A stretch of DNA of 63,737 nt, filler included, from Octopus bimaculoides (lineage: Eukaryota), in the NCBI RefSeq assembly GCF_001194135.2. It is 6 parts of 6 records of this genome, joined end to end, with 100 filler letters (N's around TTAATTAATTAA, not from the genome) between each part and the next. Parts side by side here need not be neighbours in the genome. Positions count along the whole stretch, not along the records: positions 1 to 9,472 come from NC_069010.1; positions 9,573 to 15,795 come from NW_026352245.1; 4 more parts are not named here. One strand, 5' to 3'. How positions within the stretch are numbered: the stretch's first letter is position 1; each line of letters starts with the position of its first letter. The translations under genes and the position numbers were made by a program. This document shows, piece after piece, positions 1 to 10,998 of this stretch. Under the pieces are notes generated by a model that saw only the letters and a list, made by a program, of their open reading frames with translations, did no database searches and had not been told where the DNA came from.

Positions 1-189
1 CACCTTGGCAACCTTGGTGCTGTCATACTTATCCAACTAGATGAGACGAATAATATATGAGTATATGCATATATACGTACATGTATGTACATACCTACAT
101 CTACCTGTATATATAGATGCACATCTGGGTACAGGACGTTGCAAAAAAACGTGGACAAAATGATAAACGGAATACAGAAAACACACAGG

Positions 190-545
190 CCACGTAGAGA
201 GCATTTCCTTCATCAGCTGCCACCATTCTAAAACTAAGCGTTTCGAAGAGTTAGGGCAGATGAGACGAAACCTGGGGTGGAAGACAGCAGCCAGTTGGCA
301 TTCCTCATCCTCCAAGAGGGTCCTAAACCTTTTGTCGATGCCTGCCAAAAGCGCATCGACCAAGGGGCTGCTTTAGACGAGGCCCTCGGACTTCAAGACC
401 TTGAGCCTAAAAGTCCTTCCGGCAACCTGAGTTAACGGAAGTTAATTAGTCCGATAACGATTCCCAAAGTTAACTGAAAAGTTAAATCATTAATGAAAAC
501 GTAACTTCGTTAATTAATAATTAACGGATTATCAGTTTAGTGCCC
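190..545 (-). mobile_element. Internally deleted hAT DNA transposon remnant (transposase pseudogene plus probable subterminal region)
   Basis: The minus frame reads LKVLKSEGLV*SSPLVDALLAGIDKRFRTLLEDEECQLAAVFHPRFRL. This matches the hAT 'L...RF...LA..L(D/H)PRFK' motif and is joined directly to VLEWWQ..KEMLSTWP, resembling the start of the hAT dimerisation domain. There is one in-frame stop. 430-545 holds repeated GTTAAC/TAACGG motifs. Confidence 0.7.
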
Positions 546-604
546 GGATGAATTACTGACGATATATCTGTCTGTGTGTCTGTCTATATATACAACAATC
601 TTTG

Positions 605-830
605 TTGATCGCTGCTCTTGTTGTTCAGCTCCAGGTCAGTCTTCACTCAGCATACATTTGATCTAAGGCGTTCCAGTCGTGACCATCTTGAATGTTATAG
701 CTAGGACAGCACTGTCTCATTTGTCCTTGTTATTCTCAAATACTGTAGTTCGACATGCGCTCGATTTGACTGCTGTTTCTAGCAGATCGAGCGACCACGT
801 AGAGACCGGCCACCTCATTCGTGTGATTCG
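605..830 (-). mobile_element. SINE-like interspersed repeat (family F)
   Basis: The minus strand reads ...tcgatctgctagaaacagcagtcaaatc...gatggtcacgactggaacgccttagatc...gacctggagctgaacaacaag. Related pieces occur at about 1965-2003, 2340-2370 and 51665-51700. Confidence 0.55.
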
Positions 831-946
831 TGGACCAGTTGTGTCACCCCCCCCCCAAAAAAAAAAAATTAGCTGCGATCGAATAGATCGAAGACTAGGT
901 CAAATCTCGGCCCATTGATTGCTTGTGTCGACACGTGCCTGTTGTC

Positions 947-1080
947 GATGACGACGACGACGATGATGATGATGATGCTGGTGATGCCAGTGACGATGAT
1001 GATAACGATTACATGTGGTAATGAAGCTGGCGGCGACGACGACGATGATGATGATGATGATGATGGTGTTAATGATGACG
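947..1080. repeat. (GAT/GAC)n trinucleotide microsatellite
   Basis: Direct reading: gatgacgacgacgacgatgatgatgat... and gacgacgacgatgatgatgat. Confidence 0.9.
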
Positions 1081-1199
1081 GTTTTTTTTTTAATCTAACC
1101 TTTTGTTTCTGGATCATCTGCTAAAACCGATAGAAAATACGTTTAAGTGGTCATGTGACTGACGGGCTGTTGCTGGTCGGTGAAGACAGCTGTCACTAG

Positions 1200-1620
1200 T
1201 TTACCTCTTTATCTCCCCCCTCTCTCTCTTTCTCTCTCTCTGTGTCTCTTTTTCACTTCTCCACCTCTCTCTATGTCTTGCTCTCTCTCCCTCCCACTTT
1301 CGCTCTCCTTCTTTTATCTCCATTTCCCTCTCTCCCACCCCTTTCTTTCTCTCTGTTATCTCAATCGCTTCACTTTCACTTTCACATCTCTCACTTCCTT
1401 CCTTTTTTCCCTTATCCTCCACTATTCCTCGTTCACACTCCCACCCTCTTTTTTCTTTCACATCTCCTCTCTCTCTCTCTCCTTCCACATCTCCTCTCTC
1501 TCTCTCTCCTTCTCTCTATCTGTTTCTGTCTCCCTTTCCTTCTCTCTCTCCCTCTTTCTCTCACTTCTCTTTCACTTTTCTATCTCTCACTTCCTGCAAC
1601 TCTCTCTCCCTCACCCAATA
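1200..1620. repeat. (CT)n-rich polypyrimidine low-complexity tract
   Basis: Almost entirely C/T with many (ct)n runs. Confidence 0.9.
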
Positions 1621-2159
1621 TATATNNNNNNNNNNNNNNNNNNNNNNNNNNNNNNNNNNNNNNNNNNNNNNNNNNNNNNNNNNNNNNNNNNNNNNNNNNN
1701 NNNNNNNNNNNNNNNNNNNNNNNNNNNNNNNNNNNNNNNNNNNNNNNNNNNNNNNNNNNNNNNNNNNNNNNNNNNNNNNNNNNNNNNNNNNNNNNNNNNN
1801 NNNNNNNNNNNNNNNNNNNNNNNNNNNNNNNNNNNNNNNNNNNNNNNNNNNNNNNNNNNNNNNNNNNNNNNNNNNNNNNNNNNNNNNNNNNNNNNNNNNN
1901 NNNNNNNNNNNNNNNNNNNNNNNNNAGTGACAAATAAACGAGCACAGTGTAAAGGTGGTGGTGAGATGTGCTAAAAACAACAGCTAAATCGCCCTTAAAT
2001 CACACAATTGTTTTTTGTTGTTTTTTTTTTTTTTTACATAATCGTTTGAATTCCTGTGCGCAAAAATTTTCTGAAAATTCACCAAAATAAAAAAAAGTTA
2101 CGAGGGGGTTGGTTATATGGGGTGTTTAAACCAGAATTCCACCCCCTTTATCTTTAAAA

Positions 2160-2322
2160 CTGCGGCCACGCTGGTGCACCTCCTTGAAGAATTTTAGTCG
2201 AACGAATCGACCCCAGTACTTTTTTTTCTTTTAAAGTCTGGTACTTATATAAGTTTCTTTCGCTAAGTTACGGGGACGTAAAAACACTTCTGTCGAGTAG
2301 TGGTGGGGGACAAACACACACA
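2160..2322 (-). mobile_element. SINE family A, degenerate 3' half
   Basis: tagtcgaacgaatcgaccccagtact...gctaagttacggggacgtaaa...ggggacaaacacac is the reverse complement of the 3950-4137 body. Confidence 0.75.
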
Positions 2323-3796
2323 CTAACTACATCATTATCATAGACAAAGGTACCCCAGCCATGATCCAGTCTATCTCTCTATTTAGAACCCTATATTTGT
2401 TTCTCTCTTTCTCCGTGCTCTTGCTTGATGGGGCTGGGGTTATCCCAGAGGCGTCATCATACGTAGAGCCGACCAGGTCCAGCAATGTATGGTATTTCCT
2501 ATTTCCTATTTTACATTCGTAGAATCATGGTTGTTTTATTTTCAATTTCATTTCAACTCGATTAGCATGTCTCGTGAAAGCCCTGCGACTGACTCCTCGT
2601 CTTATTGCTAATTCCAACGAAATACTTACAGATCAGTAAGATAATCAATGAATGTGCGTAGAATTTACGACACTGGCTCGATTTTTTTTTTTTTTGTCAG
2701 ATTCAGTGATTTTGTATTGCTTGCTGCCACAGTCTGTAAACTCCTTTGCTCCCTCCCACATCCCGGTTGCTGTGGCAAATGAGAGGATCACTGCTTCTGT
2801 AAACCGAACAGGACAAAACTCTGAAGTATCGGAACCTAACAGCGAACCATCTTTTCCAACGTCTGGCGTTTGGGACGTTTGGAGGGGCTGGGCTGCCAAC
2901 GGCGAAGTTCTTGTCATCGTTGGTAGCTTGCCTTGCCAACGTATCATGTGATGCTCGTGAGGGCACTTAGCTTTTCTGATGNNNNNNNNNNNNNNNNNNN
3001 NNNNNNNNNNNNNNNNNNNNNNNNNNNNNNNNNNNNNNNNNNNNNNNNNNNNNNNNNNNNNNNNNNNNNNNNNNNNNNNNNNNNNNNNNNNNNNNNNNNN
3101 NNNNNNNNNNNNNNNNNNNNNNNNNNNNNNNNNNNNNNNNNNNNNNNNNNNNNNNNNNNNNNNNNNNNNNNNNNNNNNNNNNNNNNNNNNNNNNNNNNNN
3201 NNNNNNNNNNNNNNNNNNNNNNNNNNNNNNNNNNNNNNNNNNNNNNNNNNNNNNNNNNNNNNNNNNNNNNNNNNNNNNNNNNNNNNNNNNNNNNNNNNNN
3301 NNNNNNNNNNNNNNNNNNNNNNNNNNNNNNNNNNNNNNNNNNNNNNNNNNNNNNNNNNNNNNNNNNNNNNNNNNNNNNNNNNNNNNNNNNNNNNNNNNNN
3401 NNNNNNNNNNNNNNNNNNNNNNNNNNNNNNNNNNNNNNNNNNNNNNNNNNNNNNNNNNNNNNNNNNNNNNNNNNNNNNNNNNNNNNNNNNNNNNNNNNNN
3501 NNNNNNNNNNNNNNNNNNNNNNNNNNNNNNNNNNNNNNNNNNNNNNNNNNNNNNNNNNNNNNNNNNNNNNNNNNNNNNNNNNNNNNNNNNNNNNNNNNNN
3601 NNNNNNNNNNNNNNNNNNNNNNNNNNNNNNNNNNNNNNNNNNNNNNNNNNNNNNNNNNNNNNNNNNNNNNNNNNNNNNNNNNNNNNNNNNNNNNNNNNNN
3701 NNNNNNNNNNNNNNNNNNNNNNNNNNNNNNNNNNNNNNNNNNNNNNNNNNNNNNNNNNNNNNNNNNNNNNNNNNNNNNNNNNNNNNNNNNNNNNNN

Positions 3797-4137
3797 AGAC
3801 CCACTGCGTGGCATCTTGGGCAAGTGTCTTCTACTATAGCCTCGGGCCGACCAAAGCCTTGTGAGTGGATTTGGTAGACGGAAACTGAAAAGAAGCCTGT
3901 CGTATATATGTATATATATATATATGTATGTGTTTGTGTGTCTGTGTTTGTCCCCCCACCATCGCTTGACAACCGATGATGGTGTGTTTATGTCCCCGTA
4001 ACTTAGCGGTTTGGCAAAAGAGACCGATAGAATAAGTACTAGGCTTCTAAAGAATAAGTCCTGGGGTCGATTTGCTCGACTAAAGGTGGTGCTCCAGCAT
4101 GGCCACAGTCAAAAGACTGAAACAAGTAAAAGAGTAT
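3797..4137 (+). mobile_element. tRNA-derived SINE family A with internal (TA)/(TG) microsatellite
   Basis: cccactgcgtggcatcttgggcaagtgtcttctactatagcc...ggaaactgaaaagaagcc-(ta)n-gtgtttgtcccc...ggggtcgatttgctcgactaaaggtggtgctccagcatggccacagtcaaaagactgaaacaagtaaaagag. About 9 homologous copies or fragments occur in the window. The 5' end lies in an N gap. Confidence 0.85.
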
Positions 4138-4410
4138 TTATGTTAGAGGTTTCAGGGTGAGTACAAAAAGGAATACTAACAAGCTATCCTCCTGAAGGAT
4201 GCCTTTTTGATAATGTATGGTGTTAGACTTGATGCTTTCAATGTCGCCTTGAAGAAGTAAGGAAGTGTACCAGTTTTTGGTTAGGTGGTGGATGGCAACT
4301 GCCACTAGTGGTGGTACTTTGGTTGATACTGTGTGACAAAATTTTAAAAAAATTTTTTTCTCTTTGGTTAGTAAGTGTTATTTCCTATTTTGCATCCATT
4401 TAGAAATCAA

Positions 4411-5031
4411 AGGAAATGACTACTATTCCATCCAAGCTTTGCTTTTGTGACCTAGATATCGTGTTTCGAAATTGACTTATTTTCCATTACATTTCAGACC
4501 GATTCAGCACTGAATAGTTGAAGTAGAAATTTTATAGTGAATATTCTGCTCAATACCATAGATTTGCTTGTCAGTTGCTTGACCATAACCACTTGAGCAT
4601 GTCCCTCGGTGGATGACAATATGTGCATCTCTGACAATGGGCAGGAATAGTCAGGGAGCATCATAGGGGTGTGTTGAGAGAGTTTCTTTGGGGCTTGAAT
4701 AAATGTAACAAAAGCAAGCTTTGAAGGAAATGACTATTTCTTTTGAACTTTGCCTTTGTGACTCAGACATCAATGTTTTGAAACTGACCTATTTCCCCAT
4801 TACATTTCAAGCAGCTTCAGTGCCGAGTTGCTGAAGCAGAAATATTGTTATAGCAAATATTCTGCTCAAATACCACAGATTTGCTTGTCATTTGCTTGAC
4901 CATAACCAGTTGAGCATGTCTCTTAGCAGGTGTAGTGGAGGAGCATCCTAGCCATGTGTCGAGAGGGATTCTTTGGGGTTTGAATAAATATAACAAAGTT
5001 TCAATAAATATAAGCAAAGTTTGAAGGAAAT
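4411..5031. repeat. Head-to-tail dimer of a diverged ~310-bp interspersed repeat fragment
   Basis: Units start at about 4411 and 4724 (aggaaatgacta). Both carry aatattctgctc(a)aatacca(t/c)agatttgcttgtca(g/t)ttgcttgaccataacca(c/g)ttgagcatgtc and end ctttgggg(c/t)ttgaataaat(g/a)taacaaa. Confidence 0.75.
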
Positions 5032-5466
5032 ATTAACCAGTTTCCATACTTTCTAGCAGTAAACAAAAAAGAAATAGCAGCTATTATCCAAGGGCAAAGA
5101 TCATCTGCCACAAGTAGGATACTATCAAAGACTTTTTGTGGATTCTTTATTTCTTCTTTCTTGTATTATTTTGTTAACTAGTAGGCACTCAGTGCATCGG
5201 CATGCTTCCTTCAATCCCCATCTGGGTTCACAATATTTTTTTCTAGTATAATGGTCCTGCAGAAACAAGTTGAGACAGCCAGTGTACATGTTATGCATAA
5301 TGTTTTGACAGAATGTTTTAGTTCAATGAGAAATGTGATGGCTGTTGACAGCCACGTTGCTAAGTTTCGTGTGCCTTTCATAATATTCTCATACAATTTT
5401 ATTAAACCCCGCCATTAAAATTTGCGATTCTTTTTAGCTAATATCCTGTAATGAGATCTGTATATG

Positions 5467-5645
5467 GGTACTACTAAAGCAGAGTGGTCCCGAATGCGCT
5501 AGCTAGTTGTGAGTGGTCGATCCTACAAAAAGTGCGCGTGGGCAAATGAATACATGTGTTTAGGGTTAGGGATAGGGTTAGGGTTAGGATCGACCACGCA
5601 CGACTAGCTAGCGCGGACGCGCGACCACTCTGCTTTAGTAGTACC
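5467..5645. mobile_element. Merlin-like MITE, ~60-bp TIRs, 9-bp TSD, internal TTAGGG repeats
   Basis: The first 23 nt of the TIRs are identical (ggtactactaaagcagagtggtc). A perfect TSD ctgtatatg lies at 5458-5466 and 5646-5654. The GGTAC terminus fits the Merlin GGNRM consensus. Five TTAGGG-type units at 5560-5588. Confidence 0.8.
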
Positions 5646-5832
5646 CTGTATATGTATGTATGTATGTATGTCAGAAGCGACTCCAGGTCATCAGCGTCAC
5701 TTGGGCTCATCACAGATTTCGCTTAAGACACATGCTTGCTCGAAGAATTTCATGTTTTTCCGCTTTATTCCTAGCCCCAAATGGCTTCTTTTTTTTTTTT
5801 TTCATATCTAGCACTATGTCTTTCTCCATTTC

Positions 5833-5951
5833 NNNNNNNNNNAAAGGCAAAGTCGACCTTGGCAGAATTTGAACTCAGAACATAAAGATGGGCAAAATAC
5901 CGCAAAGCATTTTTGCCCAGCATGCAAATAATTCTGCCAACTCATCACCTT
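5833..5951 (-). mobile_element. SINE family B head, CpG-decayed
   Basis: aaaggcaaagtcgaccttggcagaatttgaactcagaac... aligns to 9395-9472 and 18870-18972, with most CpGs converted to TpG/CpA. Confidence 0.8.
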
Positions 5952-5956
5952 TTTTA

Positions 5957-6214
5957 CGAGGTGTGGCTGAGTGGTAAGTAGCTTGCTTACCAACCACATG
6001 GTCCTGGGTTCGGTCCCACTGCGTGACACCTTGGCCAAGTGTCTTCTACTATAAGCCTTGGGCCGACCAAAGCCTTGTGAGTGGATTTGGCAGACGAAAA
6101 CTGAAAGAAGCCCATCAGTTATAAGTATGTATGTAGGTATGTATGAATGAATGCATGACTGCTGTAAATGAGTATCACTGTTATACAAGCAGTGTCATTA
6201 ACTTCCAATATTCT

Positions 6215-6260
<46 letters not shown>

Positions 6261-6328
6261 TCTGGGGCCATTGGGGAAATATTACCTCAATTGGAAACAG
6301 ATGAAGGTTAGCAACAGGAATGGTATCT
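5957..6328 (+). mobile_element. SINE with family A tRNA-like head and family D-like central domain
   Basis: Head tggctgagtggtaagtagcttgcttaccaaccacatggtcctgggttcggtccc carries A/B-box-like motifs. The body ends gttagcaacaggaatggtatc, similar to the D motif gtgttagaaagggcatcc. Confidence 0.7.
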
Positions 6329-6450
6329 GTCGGCGAGCTGGCAGAAACGTTAGCATGCCGGGCGAAATGCTTAGCGGTATTTGCTCGACTAAAGGTGGTG
6401 CTCCAGCATGGCTACAGTCAAAAAGACTGAAACAAGTAAAAGAGTAAAAG
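6329..6450 (+). mobile_element. Chimeric SINE: family B head fused to family A tail
   Basis: gtcggcgagctggcagaaacgttagcatgccgggcgaaatgcttagcggt[attt]gctcgactaaaggtggtgctccagcatggc...gactgaaacaagtaaaagag. Confidence 0.8.
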
Positions 6451-6819
6451 AGATTGGAATTGAAATCCTAATCTTTACAGAAATTTATTGTTTCAAGAAA
6501 ACATTGAATTTGAATTACTTTTTGATTTTTCACGATTATAGATAACAGCTCGGGCTGTAACTTCTGAGCCCGAGTCAGACGCGTGTGAACGATATCGAGA
6601 GAACGTCTGCTACAAATAATATTTGTTGACACCGCCAGACGCTGAACGAAAATAAATGAACTGCGACCAGGCTTGATAAAAGGATCCCATGCTATTGGCT
6701 GCAATTATATACTTGAAGTGTTGGTAGAAATGAAATCAGCTTGCAAATACACGTTCACTTTACTAAGTTTATACTTGGGCTAAACCTGAGCAGCCCATGT
6801 GCCAGAGTCATCACTGATG

Positions 6820-7376
6820 CATGTGTAAGTACATATGTGTGTATGTATATATGTGTGTGTATGTATGTATATGTGTGTGTGTGTGTGTCAATGTATGTAT
6901 ATATGTGTATGTATGTATGTTTATACACATGCGGTTATATATCTACACAAACACTCATGCACACACACATGCACACACAAACACTTGCACAAATACACAC
7001 TCACACACACACGCAAACACCCCCACCCCACCCCTACACACACACACACACAAACACACACTCATACAAACACTCACACACACACAAACAAACCGCATTC
7101 GTGCACACACACACAAGCGCATTAATGCTCACACACACACACACACACACAACCACAATACTCTCACACACACACACAATGCTCACAGACACACACACAC
7201 ACACAACCACAATACTCTCACACACACACACACAATGCTCACAGACACACACACACACACAACTGCATTAATGCTCACACACAAACACACACACACATGC
7301 ACACACACACACAAGCGCATTAATGCTCACACACACACACACACACACAACCACAATACTCTCACACACACACACA
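6820..7376. repeat. (TG/TA)n to (CA)n microsatellite with higher-order CA-rich minisatellite
   Basis: Recurrent blocks gcattaatgctcacac and aaccacaatactctcacac are embedded in (CA)n. Confidence 0.9.
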
Positions 7377-8054
7377 NNNNNNNNNNNNNNNNNNNNNNNN
7401 NNNNNNNNNNNNNNNNNNNNNNNNNNNNNNNNNNNNNNNNNNNNNNNNNNNNNNNNNNNNNNNNNNNNNNNNNNNNNNNNNNNNNNNNNNNNNNNNNNNN
7501 NNNNNNNNNNNNNNNNNNNNNNNNNNNNNNNNNNNNNNNNNNNNNNNNNNNNNNNNNNNNNNNNNNNNNNNNNNNNNNNNNNNNNNNNNNNNNNNNNNNN
7601 NNNNNNNNNNNNNNNNNNNNNNNNNNNNNNNNNNNNNNNNNNNNNNNNNNNNNNNNNNNNNNNNNNNNNNNNNNNNNNNNNNNNNNNNNNNNNNNNNNNN
7701 NNNNNNNNNNNNNNNNNNNNNNNNNNNNNNNNNNNNNNNNNNNNNNNNNNNNNNNNNNNNNNNNNNNNNNNNNNNNNNNNNNNNNNNNNNNNNNNNNNNN
7801 NNNNNNNNNNNNNNNNNNNNNNNNNNNNNNNNNNNNNNNNNNNNNNNNNNNNNNNNNNNNNNNNNNNNNNNNNNNNNNNNNNNNNTTTAACTCTATCCCG
7901 ACTCACATGAAATCTACACAATACTTGCTTATTGGGCTCCTCCTCCTCCTCCTCCTCCCCCTGCTGCTGCTGCCGCCTTTGCACTGAAAAGAATTCTGTG
8001 GTAATCATTTTCATTTATTTATTTATTTATTTATTTGGCGCATGGTCTCTGGGG

Positions 8055-8170
8055 CTGGCTGCCCTTCCTAACGCCAACCACTTCATATAGCATACACTGG
8101 ATGCTTTGTTTGTGCCGCCAGCATTAGTGAGGTCACCATGCAGCTTACAAAGCTATGGAACCCTGCCAAG
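8055..8170 (-). mobile_element. SINE family D fragment
   Basis: ggctgcccttcctaacgccaaccac is the reverse complement of the D central motif at about 9880-9910. Confidence 0.55.
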
Positions 8171-8371
8171 GAGTAGCAACTTCATTCTGGGAAATGTGGA
8201 GTTGAGAGGGGGCAAAATATGTATGAAAGAAAAAAGAAAAAGGGCCGGAGCAGAAGAGGTTTCTTGCTTTGAAAGAGCTGCGGCAGTGCTCCCAAAACCT
8301 TTTGTTTGCTTGCTGTACACTTATATTCCCGCGGCACACCTGTACTAAACAGACACACACACACACACACA

Positions 8372-8516
8372 GAGAATAGGCCTCTCTTTCAGTTTCTGCC
8401 TAAATCCATATGCAAGACCTAAGGCTATAGTAGAAGACACTTGAAATGGAACTGAAACCAGATCTATGTGGTTGGGAAGTAAACTTCTTACCACAAAGCC
8501 ATGTCTGTGCCTATAT
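8372..8516 (-). mobile_element. SINE family A head, diverged
   Basis: ctttcagtttctgcctaaatcc...ggctatagtagaagacactt...atgtggttgggaagtaaacttcttaccacaaagcc. Confidence 0.75.
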
Positions 8517-9269
8517 GCACACACACAAACACACACACACACATACACACACACACACAGAGTAGATAATATAATCTTTTGATGAGCAACTCAACTATTC
8601 AAAAGAAACTGATGCTAAATACAAAGCGTACAAGATATATTCCAACCTATTATTGTAATATGCAAATTGTTTTGGCTATTAAAAGCACTCTTCAGAGAAA
8701 TGTGAAACGTATTATATATATCTATCATCATCATCATCATCATCATATACATACATAGATTTTTTTTTCTAGAGTTACAACAAAAGACAAAAGAAAAAAA
8801 AGCATGTAATCAGCAATTAACAACAAGCAAACAAAAACAGAAAAGCTTTCTGGGGCCCCAAACAAATACCAGAGTGAAGATTGTCAGTGATGATGGCATT
8901 ATAAAACATAAGGGTGGAGTCAGAATAAAGACATCATAATAATAATAATAACAATAATAATAATAATAATAAAGTACAATAAAATCATTTGTGAAAAGAT
9001 TGAAATGGTATTTTTCAACTTACTGTCTAAGTATAGAGTTTAAGTTTAGGGTATTTTAAGTCAGTTGCAAGGAGGGAGAAAAATCATTACAAAATCACAG
9101 AAAGGTCAAAACCAAGATTAGTTATTTGAAACCACCGTCATCGTTGTCAATGCCATTCTCATTGTTATTATTGACGGCATCATCATTGTTTTAACATCTA
9201 CTTTTCCATGCCTGCATGGGTTGGCCGGAGTTTCGTGACGATGTATTTTCTACCGCCAGATACCATTCT

Positions 9270-9472
9270 TATTTGTTTATTGCCCACAAGGGGCTAAACA
9301 TAGAGGGGACAAACAAGGACAGACAAAGGGATTAAGTCCATTACATCGACTCCAGTGCGTAACTGGTACTCAATTTATCGACCCCGAAAGGATGAAAGGC
9401 AAAGTCGACCTCGGCGGAATTTGAACTCAGAACGTAACGGCAGACGAAATACCGCTAAGCATTTCGCCCGGC
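9270..9472 (-). mobile_element. tRNA-derived SINE family B, young copy (tail type 1)
   Basis: The minus strand has a B-box-like gagttcaaattcc, core ctttcatcctttcggggtcgataa, and tail gtctgtccttgtttgtcccctctatgtttagccccttgtggg. The 5' end lies in an N gap. Confidence 0.85.
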
Positions 9473-9516
9473 NNNNNNNNNNNNNNNNNNNNNNNNNNNN
9501 NNNNNNNNNNNNNNNN

Positions 9517-9528
9517 TTAATTAATTAA
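9517..9528. other. Artificial gap spacer TTAATTAATTAA (also 15840-15851, 37919-37930, 54627-54638, 57297-57308)
   Basis: The identical 12-mer, with stops in all six frames, is always centred between N runs, so it is an assembly linker. Confidence 0.95.
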
Positions 9529-9572
9529 NNNNNNNNNNNNNNNNNNNNNNNNNNNNNNNNNNNNNNNNNNNN

Positions 9573-10035
9573 GAACTAAATTCGACGACTGGCACCCATG
9601 CCAACGTCTTCTCCTTCATTGGACACTAAACTCAGCTTGCAAAGACTTATTGGGGCAAGCAAAAGTGAAATCGGGATAGCACCTGTGCCCAGCATCGCCT
9701 TTCTGGCACTTGTGCTCGTGACATGTGTAAAGATTTTCGAGCAAGACTGTTGCCAGTGCCCCTGGACTGGCTCTTGTGTGGGTGGCACATAAAGTACACC
9801 ATTTTGAGCGTGGCCGTTGCCAGTACCGCCTGACTGGCCTTCGTGCGGGTGACACATAAAAGCACCCACTACACTCTCTGAGTTGTTGGTGTTAGAAAGG
9901 GCATCCAGCTGTAGAAACTCTGCCAAATAAGATTGGAGTCTGGGGTAGCCATCTGGTTTCACCAGTCCTCAGTCAAATCGTCCAACCCATGCTAGCATGG
10001 AAAGCGGACAGTGAATGATGATGATGATGATGATG
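9573..10035 (+). mobile_element. SINE family D with (GAT)n tail
   Basis: Internal tandem gttgccagt(g/a)cc...gactggc units, the motif ggtgttagaaagggcatccagctgtagaaac, and 3' end aacccatgctagcatggaaagcggac-(gat)n. A reverse tail fragment lies at about 9178-9230. Confidence 0.75.
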
Positions 10036-10998
10036 AAATATATAGATATTTATATGAATAAATCCAACTTACACAGAGTACAAACAACAGAGAAAATTAA
10101 AGGGGTGGGAGAAAGGTGTTCAGATTTAGTTCACAATATACAGCTGAATGGATGCAATTAACATTGGATGACATGAGCCTCCATCATCAGGGTTGAGATC
10201 TTACATTTCAGATCTTAATGCAGAGATGTTCAAAGATGGAATGATTAAATGTGGAGAGGTAGCTGTATTAGAGAGTGGGGGACATTAAGACAGGGAATGG
10301 TGAGAGGAGAAAAGATAGTTCAAGAAGAGTAAGAGTTAATAATAAGGGTACAAAGGGAGGTAGTAGTAAAGATAGGGAATAGGAAAATGATTAGGAGGGT
10401 AGGGTAGATAGTATTAGAATGGTAGTCTGTTATGTTGGGTTTGTTAAAGTTTAAGGATAATTGCTATAGAATTATTGGAAGTTGAGATAGTGAGAAAAGG
10501 AATGATAATTATTTGAGGGAAGTAAATTATTTGATAATTATTTGAGGGAAGTTCAGTGGCAGAGGGAGATTACTAAGGTATGTAGAAAAATATGAGAGAA
10601 GATAGAGGGGATGGACAGATGAGGGTGGGGTGAGGTGGTGGTCAAGATAGCAGTGGTCAGTGGAATAATGAATGTGGGTTGGTATTGAAGGGGGAGTACT
10701 TGAGTATGCAGAGGTGTATGTAATTGAATAGAGGAAGGTGAATGGGTAAGGGGTTGACAGGTTAGTATCCAAATGAGTAGGGTAGTATTAAGTACTTTTG
10801 AGTGAAGAGGCGAAATGAGAGAAAGGAAAGAATACCACTTGTGAGGGTGGGGAGGTGTGATGTAGTTTGTCGGAGGAATTTGCAAAGGTAACAATATGAA
10901 GAAATAATTTAATAGGAAGGGTGGTATTAGTTGAGGTAGTAAGTTGCTAGGCTGACCTAGTTGTACCTCAAGGTTTTACAATACTTATAGTTATGGGA

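Noticed and set aside
1180-3972. Long ORFs of 120-390 aa spanning N runs (also 6821-8014, 25147-25830, 31996-33205, 34944-35453)
   Set aside because: Their length comes from X codons in gaps and from microsatellite translations.
9517-9528. Recurrent palindrome TTAATTAATTAA (5 copies)
   Set aside because: Always centred in N runs, so it is an artificial scaffold linker with six-frame stops, not biology.
9573-10010. Internal tandem units resembling a CRISPR-like repeat-spacer array
   Set aside because: Only 2-3 degenerate units inside a SINE, in a eukaryotic context with no cas genes.
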